A stretch of DNA of 24,000 nt, taken from contig CAZGSQ010000019.1 in assembly GCA_964528535.1 (NCBI GenBank), positions 10,605 to 34,604 of the forward strand. The letters are read 5' to 3'. Origin of the DNA: an uncultured Tangfeifania sp. (GTDB taxonomy: Bacteria; Bacteroidota; Bacteroidia; Bacteroidales; Prolixibacteraceae). Below are positions 1-8,191 of the stretch, in pieces. Each line of letters opens with the position of its first letter. The stretch's first letter is position 1. A program made the position numbers and the translations under genes. The notes below the pieces were generated by a model, which saw nothing but the letters and a program-made list of their open reading frames with translations, made no database searches and was not told the origin of the DNA.

Positions 1-77
1 CCTACCTGGATGCGCCCATGGGGCAAAGTGGCCATTTTGGCTGTGACCTGCACATGATCCTTCAACTCTGAAATACC

Positions 78-1367
78 TTACTTTCCCGAATCTCCTACCA
101 ATGATTCAACAAAAGCGGAAGTCGGATCAACCATCACCTTCCCATCCTTTAAATAGGCCTTGAAGACAAATTGCCCCGTTTTTAGAACCGTAAAAACAAG
201 ATCATCAGGCGAAATGGTGTACCTTTCCATGGTATACCGTATCCTCCAATCGACATAATCATAGGTCAAATAAACCAATTCGGTACAGGTGATGGCTTCC
301 GGCGATTCTACATCGAAATTAAAATCATAATCCTTGGTGAGCTGCTTCCGAAGGTTGGTCAAAATCGTCTTACGTTGATCTCTTGTCAGGTTAACAGGGC
401 GGACCACCAAAAATATCTCCCCATCGGCAAAATCATCCAGCGTACTGATCTGGACGCCGCTTCGCAGTACCTCTACCATGCCGGCTCCGTTCTTGCTATG
501 CTTCTGAAATGGCTTAATCAAATACCTCTCAACAAGGTTGTTACCCATCCAAATTCCCACATGACCAAAATATCCGGGAATAAATCTATTGGTCAGATGA
601 TTTGGCGATCGCATCAACACCAGGTCGAAAGGCCGTAGATAAGGTCGCAGATCGTTGGCGTTTTTTTCGGGATTCGAATCACGGTGAAAAATGCCAACCA
701 AATTGCCAAAAAGATAACTCGCTACATAGGCAGTACTGTAAAGGAACGCATGAAACCTGTCGTTGCTTCGAAACAATCCATGAGCCAGCGATTTAAAGAA
801 GTTGGTGTTGGGCAAATTTCTGAGTAGGCTGTCTGTATACGAGTCTCTACATTCAGCAGATTGTGATTTGACAATTTTCCGAATGGAAGGTGAATACAAG
901 AAATTCCTGCTTTTTTGCAAAACCTTTCTCGGAATACCATTCCCCGAATCGCCTCGGTTCAGACTCCGCCTCACGAACCTGTTCACTTGGTAACTTTTTT
1001 CATAAGCCGCAGCAGATGACAACAGTTCAACAGCAGCCAGGTATTGCCTGGGACGCATCTGCCCGCCTCTTCCCCCAAAATCCTGCAGCTCCCATTGATA
1101 GGCCCTGTCGTTGGAAAGTTGCTCTCCAAAATTTGTGTACAAATGATTGATATCTAACGCTTTCAAGGTAAGTCTCTGGCTCTTCTGACGGGTAATGATT
1201 TGAAGAAGACTATCCGCCCTTAAGCCTCTTGCCTTTTTCTCTGCTTCAGAGGCAAAAGATTGATTGACGGAATCTATTTGAAAATTGGACGTACCCAAAT
1301 AGGAGTTTCGGATTGAAATACAAGAAACCATCGGCAAGATCAGGAGTAAGAGGCAAAATTTGTGCAC
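78..1367 (-). CDS. Lipoprotein with a C-terminal YiiX/YaeF-like permuted papain-fold domain
   Basis: 429-aa ORF. The N-terminus has a lipoprotein-type signal (LLLILPMVSC). The C-terminal half has the His-before-Cys order of permuted papain-like amidases (FGHVGIWMG ... ITCTELVYLTY). Family assigned from motif recall only. Confidence 0.55.
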   Translation of the reverse strand: MHKFCLLLLILPMVSCISIRNSYLGTSNFQIDSVNQSFASEAEKKARGLRADSLLQIITRQKSQRLTLKALDINHLYTNFGEQLSNDRAYQWELQDFGGRGGQMRPRQYLAAVELLSSAAAYEKSYQVNRFVRRSLNRGDSGNGIPRKVLQKSRNFLYSPSIRKIVKSQSAECRDSYTDSLLRNLPNTNFFKSLAHGLFRSNDRFHAFLYSTAYVASYLFGNLVGIFHRDSNPEKNANDLRPYLRPFDLVLMRSPNHLTNRFIPGYFGHVGIWMGNNLVERYLIKPFQKHSKNGAGMVEVLRSGVQISTLDDFADGEIFLVVRPVNLTRDQRKTILTNLRKQLTKDYDFNFDVESPEAITCTELVYLTYDYVDWRIRYTMERYTISPDDLVFTVLKTGQFVFKAYLKDGKVMVDPTSAFVESLVGDSGK

Positions 1368-1478
1368 TTGTCCAGGGATATCAGAATATTATAGCTTATA
1401 AAACATGTAAAACTACATTTTTTGTTGAAAAATCAATTGCTATCTTGTTCTCCCGTTTAGACAACCATTTTTAGTTCC

Positions 1479-4160
1479 ATGAGACAAATATTCGACCCAA
1501 TTTTTCGCAAAGTATCTAATTTTCTTTGGGTCGTCCTCCTCCTCCTGACACTTCATTTTCCATCAACCGCCAACGCAGGTATGAATTTATTGGATGATTC
1601 CATCCATGGACCATCTGCAAACAAGGAGGGTAGAATCTATACAACCCAAAGATTATCAACCCCAAGACCGGTTATCGATGGAGTCCTCGACGATGCCTGC
1701 TGGAAAACCGGTAGCTGGGCAGGAGATTTTACACAATTTATCCCCAAAGAAGGTGGAAAACCCTCCCAGCAAACTTATGTAAAAATTCTCTACGACGACA
1801 AAAGCATCTATGTGGCCATCAGGGCCATGGACAGTGAACCTGCCAAGATCATCAGGAAAGCAGGCAGAAGGGATGAATTGATTGGCGACATGACAGGCAT
1901 AAATTTCGACAGCTACCACGACCATCGCACAGGATTTGAATTTGACATGAGCGCCGCTGGCCAGAAACTGGATCTGATCCTCACCAATCCAATGCTCTGG
2001 GACCTCAATTGGAATGCAGTGTGGTATGGGAAAGTAGCCAAAGAGGACTCCGCATGGACCACCGAAATGGAGATCCCGCTGAGCCAGTTGAGGTACAGCA
2101 ATGCCTACGAACAGGTGTGGGGCTTGCATGTTTGGCGCTGGATTGACCGCCTTCAGGAGGAGAGCGATTGGGAAAAACAATCCCTCACAGGCCCGGGTGT
2201 TCTTTATCTGTTCGGCGAATTACGGGGCATCAAAGGATTAAAAAAAGCCCAGCGCATTGAACTGATGCCCTACTCCCTCGGTGAGCTGAGAACCTTCAGG
2301 AAGGAACCCGCAAATCCTTTTGCCAGCAGTGGACACCGGTTGATGGGAAATGTCGGATTGGATGCCAAAATTGGCGTTGGAAATAATTTCACAGTCGACT
2401 TGACTGTCAATCCCGATTTCGGCCAGGTAGAATCGGATCCATCTGTCATGAACCTCACCGCATTTGAGACATTTTACGAAGAGAAACGCCCCTTCTTTCT
2501 CGAAGGCAAGAATATTTTCGATTTCGAAATGGACGATGCCAGTCTGTTTTACAGCAGACGAATCGGTCATGCCCCCTCCTACCATCCCACTTTAAAAGAA
2601 CAGGAATACCTTCAATCACCCGACAAATCCACCATTTTAAGTGCCGCAAAATTCAGTGGAAAAACGGCAAGCGGATTGTCTGTGGGTGTGTTGCAAAGCT
2701 TCACTGCCAACGAAATGGCCACGGTCAACTCCCCCTCAGGGAACAGCAAGATTAATGTAGAACCCTTTACAAGCTATGCCGTAACCCGGATCCAACAGGA
2801 TTTTAACCAAAGCAATACCTTTTTGGGAGGAATTTTTACGGCAACCAACAGGGCCGTGAATAATCCCGAACTTAGCTTTCTCAACAGAGGCGCCTTCACA
2901 GGCGGATTGGACCTGAAACATTTCTGGAAAGAGAAGGAGTTTTTTGTCGAAGCAAAGGTCATCGGCAGTGACCTTCAAGGCGACGCAAGGGCCATCAGCA
3001 ACCTGCAGCTTTCATCTGCCCGGTATTTCCAGCGACCCGATGCCGGTCATTTCAATTTCGACAGTACCTTGACCTCTCTTGCCGGCAGTGGCGGCTTGAT
3101 AAAAATTGGCAAAGGCAGCAAGGGCCTGTGGAGGTACTCCACCGAATTGGGATGGCGTTCTCCCGGATTGGACCTCAACGATATTGGCTATCTTCAGACA
3201 GCAGATCTGATCCGGCAAAAGAACATGCTCTCCTATTTTATCAACCAACCTATCTCCATCTTCCGAACCTATTCAATAGGTGCAGAGCAGACCAACAATT
3301 GGGATTTCAATGGTCAATACCTTTGCTCAGAGGTTGCACTCAACTTTTCAGCAGATTTTAAAAACAAATGGGGGATTGTCAACAAAATAAGTTACCGGAA
3401 CCAATCGCTCGACTACCACCTGCTGCGCGGTGGATATGCCATGCTGGTACCTGACAACTGGACAGAAACCTTTTTGATACGAACCGATCAATCCAAAAAA
3501 ATCAACGCCCATCTCTCTGCTTCAACTGCTTCATCCGGAGAAAATTCCTACCATTTCAATGAAATAGCAGCAGGAATCTCTGTCCGACCTGTCAACAACC
3601 TCCTCCTTTCGCTGAATGCAAACTACGCGGACAAGGAAGATCAGTTGCAGTACATTGGCACGGTTAAGTACCTTTCCGACAAACGCTACCTGCTCGGTCA
3701 AATCAACCAGCAAACGGTTGGATTAACCTTCAGAATCGACTACAACATCACCCCCGAAATATCCTTTCAATATTATGGAAGTCCATTCGCTACAGTCGGA
3801 AAATACAGTAACTTTAAAGTGATTACGAACGCGGTAGACAAGGCTTACACCAACCGGTTCAATGTACTGCAAAACCTGGTACTGAAGAATGGAACGACCT
3901 ATGAGGCAGATGAAAACAACGATCATTCGATGGATTACAGTTTTGGTAAACCCGATTTCAATTTCAATCAGGTCAGATCAAATCTGGTTTTTCGCTGGGA
4001 GTACAAGCCCGGATCACAACTCTTTGTGGTATGGTCGAACGAACGAACCTACTGGCTGAATCCGGGTGACGAACCACTTGGCCGTGCAGCCGATCGTTTG
4101 GCCCAGGCAGCTCCAAACAATATTTTTCTGATTAAGTTTAATTATTGGTTCTCCCTTTGA
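1479..4160 (+). CDS. DUF5916 / carbohydrate-binding family 9-like outer-membrane protein
   Basis: 893-aa ORF with a signal peptide (WVVLLLLTLHFPSTANA). The N-terminal segment PVIDGVLDDACW...FTQFIPKEG...YVKILYDDKSIYVAIRA resembles the CBM9-like module found ahead of DUF5916. The long beta-rich C-terminal part ends in an aromatic-rich terminus (FNYWFSL), as in beta-barrel outer-membrane proteins. Confidence 0.7.
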   Translation: MRQIFDPIFRKVSNFLWVVLLLLTLHFPSTANAGMNLLDDSIHGPSANKEGRIYTTQRLSTPRPVIDGVLDDACWKTGSWAGDFTQFIPKEGGKPSQQTYVKILYDDKSIYVAIRAMDSEPAKIIRKAGRRDELIGDMTGINFDSYHDHRTGFEFDMSAAGQKLDLILTNPMLWDLNWNAVWYGKVAKEDSAWTTEMEIPLSQLRYSNAYEQVWGLHVWRWIDRLQEESDWEKQSLTGPGVLYLFGELRGIKGLKKAQRIELMPYSLGELRTFRKEPANPFASSGHRLMGNVGLDAKIGVGNNFTVDLTVNPDFGQVESDPSVMNLTAFETFYEEKRPFFLEGKNIFDFEMDDASLFYSRRIGHAPSYHPTLKEQEYLQSPDKSTILSAAKFSGKTASGLSVGVLQSFTANEMATVNSPSGNSKINVEPFTSYAVTRIQQDFNQSNTFLGGIFTATNRAVNNPELSFLNRGAFTGGLDLKHFWKEKEFFVEAKVIGSDLQGDARAISNLQLSSARYFQRPDAGHFNFDSTLTSLAGSGGLIKIGKGSKGLWRYSTELGWRSPGLDLNDIGYLQTADLIRQKNMLSYFINQPISIFRTYSIGAEQTNNWDFNGQYLCSEVALNFSADFKNKWGIVNKISYRNQSLDYHLLRGGYAMLVPDNWTETFLIRTDQSKKINAHLSASTASSGENSYHFNEIAAGISVRPVNNLLLSLNANYADKEDQLQYIGTVKYLSDKRYLLGQINQQTVGLTFRIDYNITPEISFQYYGSPFATVGKYSNFKVITNAVDKAYTNRFNVLQNLVLKNGTTYEADENNDHSMDYSFGKPDFNFNQVRSNLVFRWEYKPGSQLFVVWSNERTYWLNPGDEPLGRAADRLAQAAPNNIFLIKFNYWFSL

Positions 4161-4199
4161 GACAATAAAAAATGGTTGTCAATTTAAATATACAGACGA

Positions 4200-6572
4200 A
4201 TGAAAACATTTAGCCTCTTTGTGCTGCTTCTCACCTTCGGATTCTTGTCAAGCGCACAGGATCAGGGCCCCATCCCCCAGTTAAGCAAACAGCTGACCGA
4301 TTATTACAATGCAAACCCCGGCGTGAAGGTATATGTTACCACCGACAAGACCCACTACAAACCTGCTGAAACAATCTGGTTTCAGGTGCTGGTGACCGAA
4401 GAAATTTTTCCATACCTTACCAGGGAGAGCGGTGAACTCATCGTTAAACTCTTCGATGCACAAGGAAAATCTGAAATCCAGCAGCTTTTCAAACTGAAGA
4501 ACGGCTCGGCCTCCTGCGATGTAAAATTACCGAAAGAGATGTCGAAAGGAATCTATTTCCTCTCTGTCTACAGCTCTGAATCAAACACTTTTGGAGAGGT
4601 TAGCACAACGGCACTCAGCATCGATCCTGAATACAACAACCAATGGACCCTCCGCACCAGGTTTAAAGACAGTATCTCGTCTGCAGGGCAAAAAAATGAA
4701 CTCTACGCCGAGTTGTCTGACCTTGGCGGCGAAAAGAAGAAGAACACCACCATTCGCTATCAATTGACAAATGGGACTGAAATTCTGGAAAAAGGAAAAA
4801 TTAAGTCGGATGAAAATGGGAAAATGACCCTGCCATTTACGATGCCATCCAAGACCAATGGCCAGCCATTCGTTCTTGAAATCAACGACAAGGATACCTG
4901 GGAGAATGATCTTTTCGTACCTTCCGGACTTGATTCGGTGGTGATCAGGTTCTTCCCCGAAGGCGGAACCCTGATTCCGGGCACTCCCTCCAAAATCGGA
5001 TTTACAGCCTTCAACAAATGGGGAATACCCGTCGATGCGGAAGGCACGATCCTGAATGAAACAGGCAGCACCGCCGCACAGATCAAAACTTTCACAAGGG
5101 GATTGGGCTTTTTTTCAATGGTCTGCGAGGCAAATCAAAAATACAAGCTGGTGCTTTCTGGTAAAATGGGTGAAAAGCAGACCTTTCAACTTCCTGTTAC
5201 GGATCCCAAGGGACTTACCTTGTCTGTTGTAAAGACAGATGCCGATTTTATCTCGGCCAACCTGATCTTTGCTGACAAGCAGAAACATGCCGTTGCACTG
5301 ACAGTCACCCAGGGCAGCAGCATCTTCTGGGCGGCAGATATGGATGTGGATGGCACAGGAAGAATCAAAATACCCGCAGTCAACATCCCACAAGGCATCA
5401 ACCTGCTCTCTGTTTTTTCGAAAGAGGGAGTGCTTATGGGAGAAAGAATTGTCTATATGGACAAAAAACTCGAACTAAAAGTCACTGTATTGCCCGAAAA
5501 ATCATCCATTGCTCCTGACAATACCCTTAAAGTCAAGATCCTCTTAACCAACGAAAACAACCAGCCTGTTGCCGGAAACGTAACTGTCCGGGTTTCGGAT
5601 CAGTACCGCAACGAATATGCCCAGCCCAGAATAAATGAATTTCTGCTCCTCGGTTCGGTGCTTGAAACACCCTTCTCCCTTGTTTCGGGTGCGATGAAAG
5701 GGAAGATCGCACAGTCAACGCTTTTGGATGTTTTTCTGATAGCCAACAAGATAAAGGGCCACGATTGGGAGAAGATCAAAAATTTCAGACCCGATCAGGT
5801 TCAGGGAGGAAAAGAGCGGCTGAATTTTAGCGGCAACAAAAATCTGGAAGTACAATTTTCCGGATACATTTCGAAATGTGCACAAAATTACAAGCTGATG
5901 TACAGAAACAAGATCCCGGATGCAACCTATTTGAGCAACAATGCAGCGCTCTTTGTGAAAGCACCCAAATTGTTCAAAACAAACAACACTGCCCTCGACA
6001 ACCAACGCAAGATGTTCGCCTCCTCCTCGAGTATCCTGGAAGTGATCAAGACCCTGAAACCTTACAAGGTTGTTAGCAACCAGATCGTCTTCATAGGCAG
6101 TGAAAATTCGTTAAACTACCAGGGCGGCGCCCTCATCGTCCTGGATGGTCAACAATTGGGAACTGACATCTCGGCGCTATCCAGCATTTCGCCCATGGAG
6201 GTTGACCACATCAACGTATCCACGAATGCCATGGACATTCAGCGCTACACGGGTTTGAATTCGGTGGGTGTCATCGAAATTTTCCAGAAGAAAGCAACCG
6301 TCAGGGAGGTAAAAACGGCGGATGAGTCCTCCGAAAAATACGAGAACGGATACCGGTTGCCTAAACAATTCGCCGCCGAAGCTGCTACCTCAAAAACAGA
6401 TCTCCGTACCACCCTGCAGTGGATTCCTCTTCTCTCAATCGATCAGACAGGTCAGGCCGAATTTTCTGTTGGCACAGGGAAAGTCCTCAGCGATTTTGTG
6501 GTAGAGGTGGAGGGAATCACCACCGATGGCCGTTTGGGACACGGCCAAAGCAACATTAAGGTGGTTTTTTGA
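4200..6572 (+). CDS. Secreted large protein with Ig/MG2-like repeats and a TonB-plug-like segment near the C-terminus
   Basis: 790-aa ORF with a signal peptide (FSLFVLLLTFGFLSSAQD). Residues around 640-700 (ALIVLDGQQLGTDISALSSISPMEVDHINVSTNAMDIQRYTGLNSVGVIEIFQKK) look like a TonB-dependent-receptor plug motif, but no barrel follows. Function unknown. Confidence 0.55.
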   Translation: MKTFSLFVLLLTFGFLSSAQDQGPIPQLSKQLTDYYNANPGVKVYVTTDKTHYKPAETIWFQVLVTEEIFPYLTRESGELIVKLFDAQGKSEIQQLFKLKNGSASCDVKLPKEMSKGIYFLSVYSSESNTFGEVSTTALSIDPEYNNQWTLRTRFKDSISSAGQKNELYAELSDLGGEKKKNTTIRYQLTNGTEILEKGKIKSDENGKMTLPFTMPSKTNGQPFVLEINDKDTWENDLFVPSGLDSVVIRFFPEGGTLIPGTPSKIGFTAFNKWGIPVDAEGTILNETGSTAAQIKTFTRGLGFFSMVCEANQKYKLVLSGKMGEKQTFQLPVTDPKGLTLSVVKTDADFISANLIFADKQKHAVALTVTQGSSIFWAADMDVDGTGRIKIPAVNIPQGINLLSVFSKEGVLMGERIVYMDKKLELKVTVLPEKSSIAPDNTLKVKILLTNENNQPVAGNVTVRVSDQYRNEYAQPRINEFLLLGSVLETPFSLVSGAMKGKIAQSTLLDVFLIANKIKGHDWEKIKNFRPDQVQGGKERLNFSGNKNLEVQFSGYISKCAQNYKLMYRNKIPDATYLSNNAALFVKAPKLFKTNNTALDNQRKMFASSSSILEVIKTLKPYKVVSNQIVFIGSENSLNYQGGALIVLDGQQLGTDISALSSISPMEVDHINVSTNAMDIQRYTGLNSVGVIEIFQKKATVREVKTADESSEKYENGYRLPKQFAAEAATSKTDLRTTLQWIPLLSIDQTGQAEFSVGTGKVLSDFVVEVEGITTDGRLGHGQSNIKVVF

Positions 6573-6582
6573 AAATGCTCTT

Positions 6583-6897
6583 TTAACTCTTTAGAACCGT
6601 TTCTTAACCCTTTAGAACCAATTTTTAACTCTCTAAAATCGTTTTTTAACCCTCTAAAATCGTTTCTTAATCCTTTAGAACCGATTTTTAACCCTTTAGA
6701 ACCGGTTTTTAACTCTCTAAAATCGTTTTTTAACCCTCTAAAATCGTTTCTTAACCCTCTAAAACCGATTTTTAACTCTCTTAAATCGATTTTTAACCCT
6801 CTAAAACCGATTTTTAACTCTCTTAAATCGATTTTTAACCCTCTAAAACCGATTTTTCATGCTTCAGAACGACTGCATAAACTTTCAGAACCCTTGC
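6583..6897. repeat. Tandem array of 21-bp direct repeats: 13 clear copies plus 2 degenerate copies
   Basis: Unit starts counted by hand at 6583, 6604, 6625, 6646, 6667, 6688, 6709, 6730, 6751, 6772, 6793, 6814 and 6835, every 21 bp exactly. Consensus TTAACCCTCTAAAACCGATTT. Degenerate copies lie at 6856-6876 and 6877-6897, the last running into the mcrC stop codon. There are no spacers, and stop codons occur in all frames. Confidence 0.92.
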
Positions 6898-8189
6898 ATT
6901 GGCTTTTGGAAGGGTAAAATGCATTTCTGACCGTTCATTTCAAGGGGTATCGTGCTCAGTAGTTCAATACAAATTTCTTTTTGCCATTGAACTACGTCTA
7001 ATGTATTTTGTGGGATTTTCAATTTTATAATTGAACAGGGATAAACTTGTGATTCACCCTTTTCATGGCAAAAGAAACCGGAAGAAGAAAAGTCTGAATC
7101 AAGTGGATAAACTAATGCAGTAAAGTTGGAATCAAAATATTTTGTATAAACATACATCTGTTTTAAGTCATCATCAGAAGGCCGGGAACCCTTCAATACT
7201 TTCCATTTTGTGTCAAGCACATAAGTTTCAGCGCCCCGTTGGATAATGATATCTGGTATCATTCCAACTTTTGCATTCAATTCTGACTCCCAAAACGCCT
7301 TTTTTACCTGTCCTTTAATCTGGTAGTCAACTGGCGAAAATTTTTTAAGACTGGAAAGTACAAAACGTTCCCACAATGTATTCATGTCAAACATGAGGGC
7401 TAATACATGATTCTGACCACGACTAATGTCAGGATGGTAGTTTAGTAATAATAGCCGTGCAATATTGATGGCCTCCCGATAACATTCCGTTTTCCTGTTA
7501 TATTGTAAGTGATAAAATGTTGTCTCGGAAACTTTAATATCAGGCATTTCCGGGAAGTTAAGAAGCAAAGAACCAATCCGGCTCTGCAAGGCTGAAGAAG
7601 TGTTGACCTTATTGACAAGCAACAACGCTTTATAAATTATCTGATTGAACAGATTTTGTCTGTCATAGGTTTGATGATTCACATAGAATTGTTCCTGGTG
7701 CACCAAGTTTTGCTGAATATGCTTAGAAAAGATCAATTTCCCTTTTAATGACAGGCTGTTCTCTTCTTGCCTGCGGTATTGCCTGATCAATCCTTTGTGA
7801 ACCAGATGTTCAAGTTCCGTGATGAAATTTTCAAAATAGAGGTCTAAGATTGAATTTGATTTGAGCTTTAAATCTGTACTCCCGGCAGTACTTACTTTCA
7901 ATGTTTTTACCGCTCTAAGCATACCAATAAGTATTTTTCTCCAATGGCCTTCCTCATTGGATTGATCTGACTTGGGTAGCACTTCAATTACCAAAGAATC
8001 AACCTGAATAATACCTACATGTTGGTTGAATTTTACTCCGTTGTGAATGAGACTGAAATATTTGGTCCCTTTTTCCCCATAGTACCGCTGAAGAGCCAAA
8101 AGATGCCTCTGCTCAAAGCCTTCATGGTATCCGGGTCTGAGACTTTGATGTTCGTAGGTGGTAATGATATTTCGTCCTGGTGAGTTCAT
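6885..8189 (-). CDS. mcrC: McrC-like nuclease subunit of a McrBC-type modification-dependent restriction system
   Basis: 434-aa ORF starting 2 nt after the mcrB stop. The C-terminal PD-(D/E)xK-type motif MIPDIIIQRGAETYVLDTKWK is typical of McrC. Confidence 0.8.
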   Translation of the reverse strand: MNSPGRNIITTYEHQSLRPGYHEGFEQRHLLALQRYYGEKGTKYFSLIHNGVKFNQHVGIIQVDSLVIEVLPKSDQSNEEGHWRKILIGMLRAVKTLKVSTAGSTDLKLKSNSILDLYFENFITELEHLVHKGLIRQYRRQEENSLSLKGKLIFSKHIQQNLVHQEQFYVNHQTYDRQNLFNQIIYKALLLVNKVNTSSALQSRIGSLLLNFPEMPDIKVSETTFYHLQYNRKTECYREAINIARLLLLNYHPDISRGQNHVLALMFDMNTLWERFVLSSLKKFSPVDYQIKGQVKKAFWESELNAKVGMIPDIIIQRGAETYVLDTKWKVLKGSRPSDDDLKQMYVYTKYFDSNFTALVYPLDSDFSSSGFFCHEKGESQVYPCSIIKLKIPQNTLDVVQWQKEICIELLSTIPLEMNGQKCILPFQKPMQGF

Positions 8190-8191
8190 AT

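Noticed and set aside
1-77. Possible gene fragment at the left window edge
   Set aside because: It is too short to evaluate, and no motif or clear start/stop context could be supported.
6583-6897. Could the regular repeat array be a CRISPR array?
   Set aside because: The units are directly abutting 21-bp copies with no unique spacers. The repeat is shorter than typical CRISPR repeats and lacks a palindromic core. No cas genes are present in the window.
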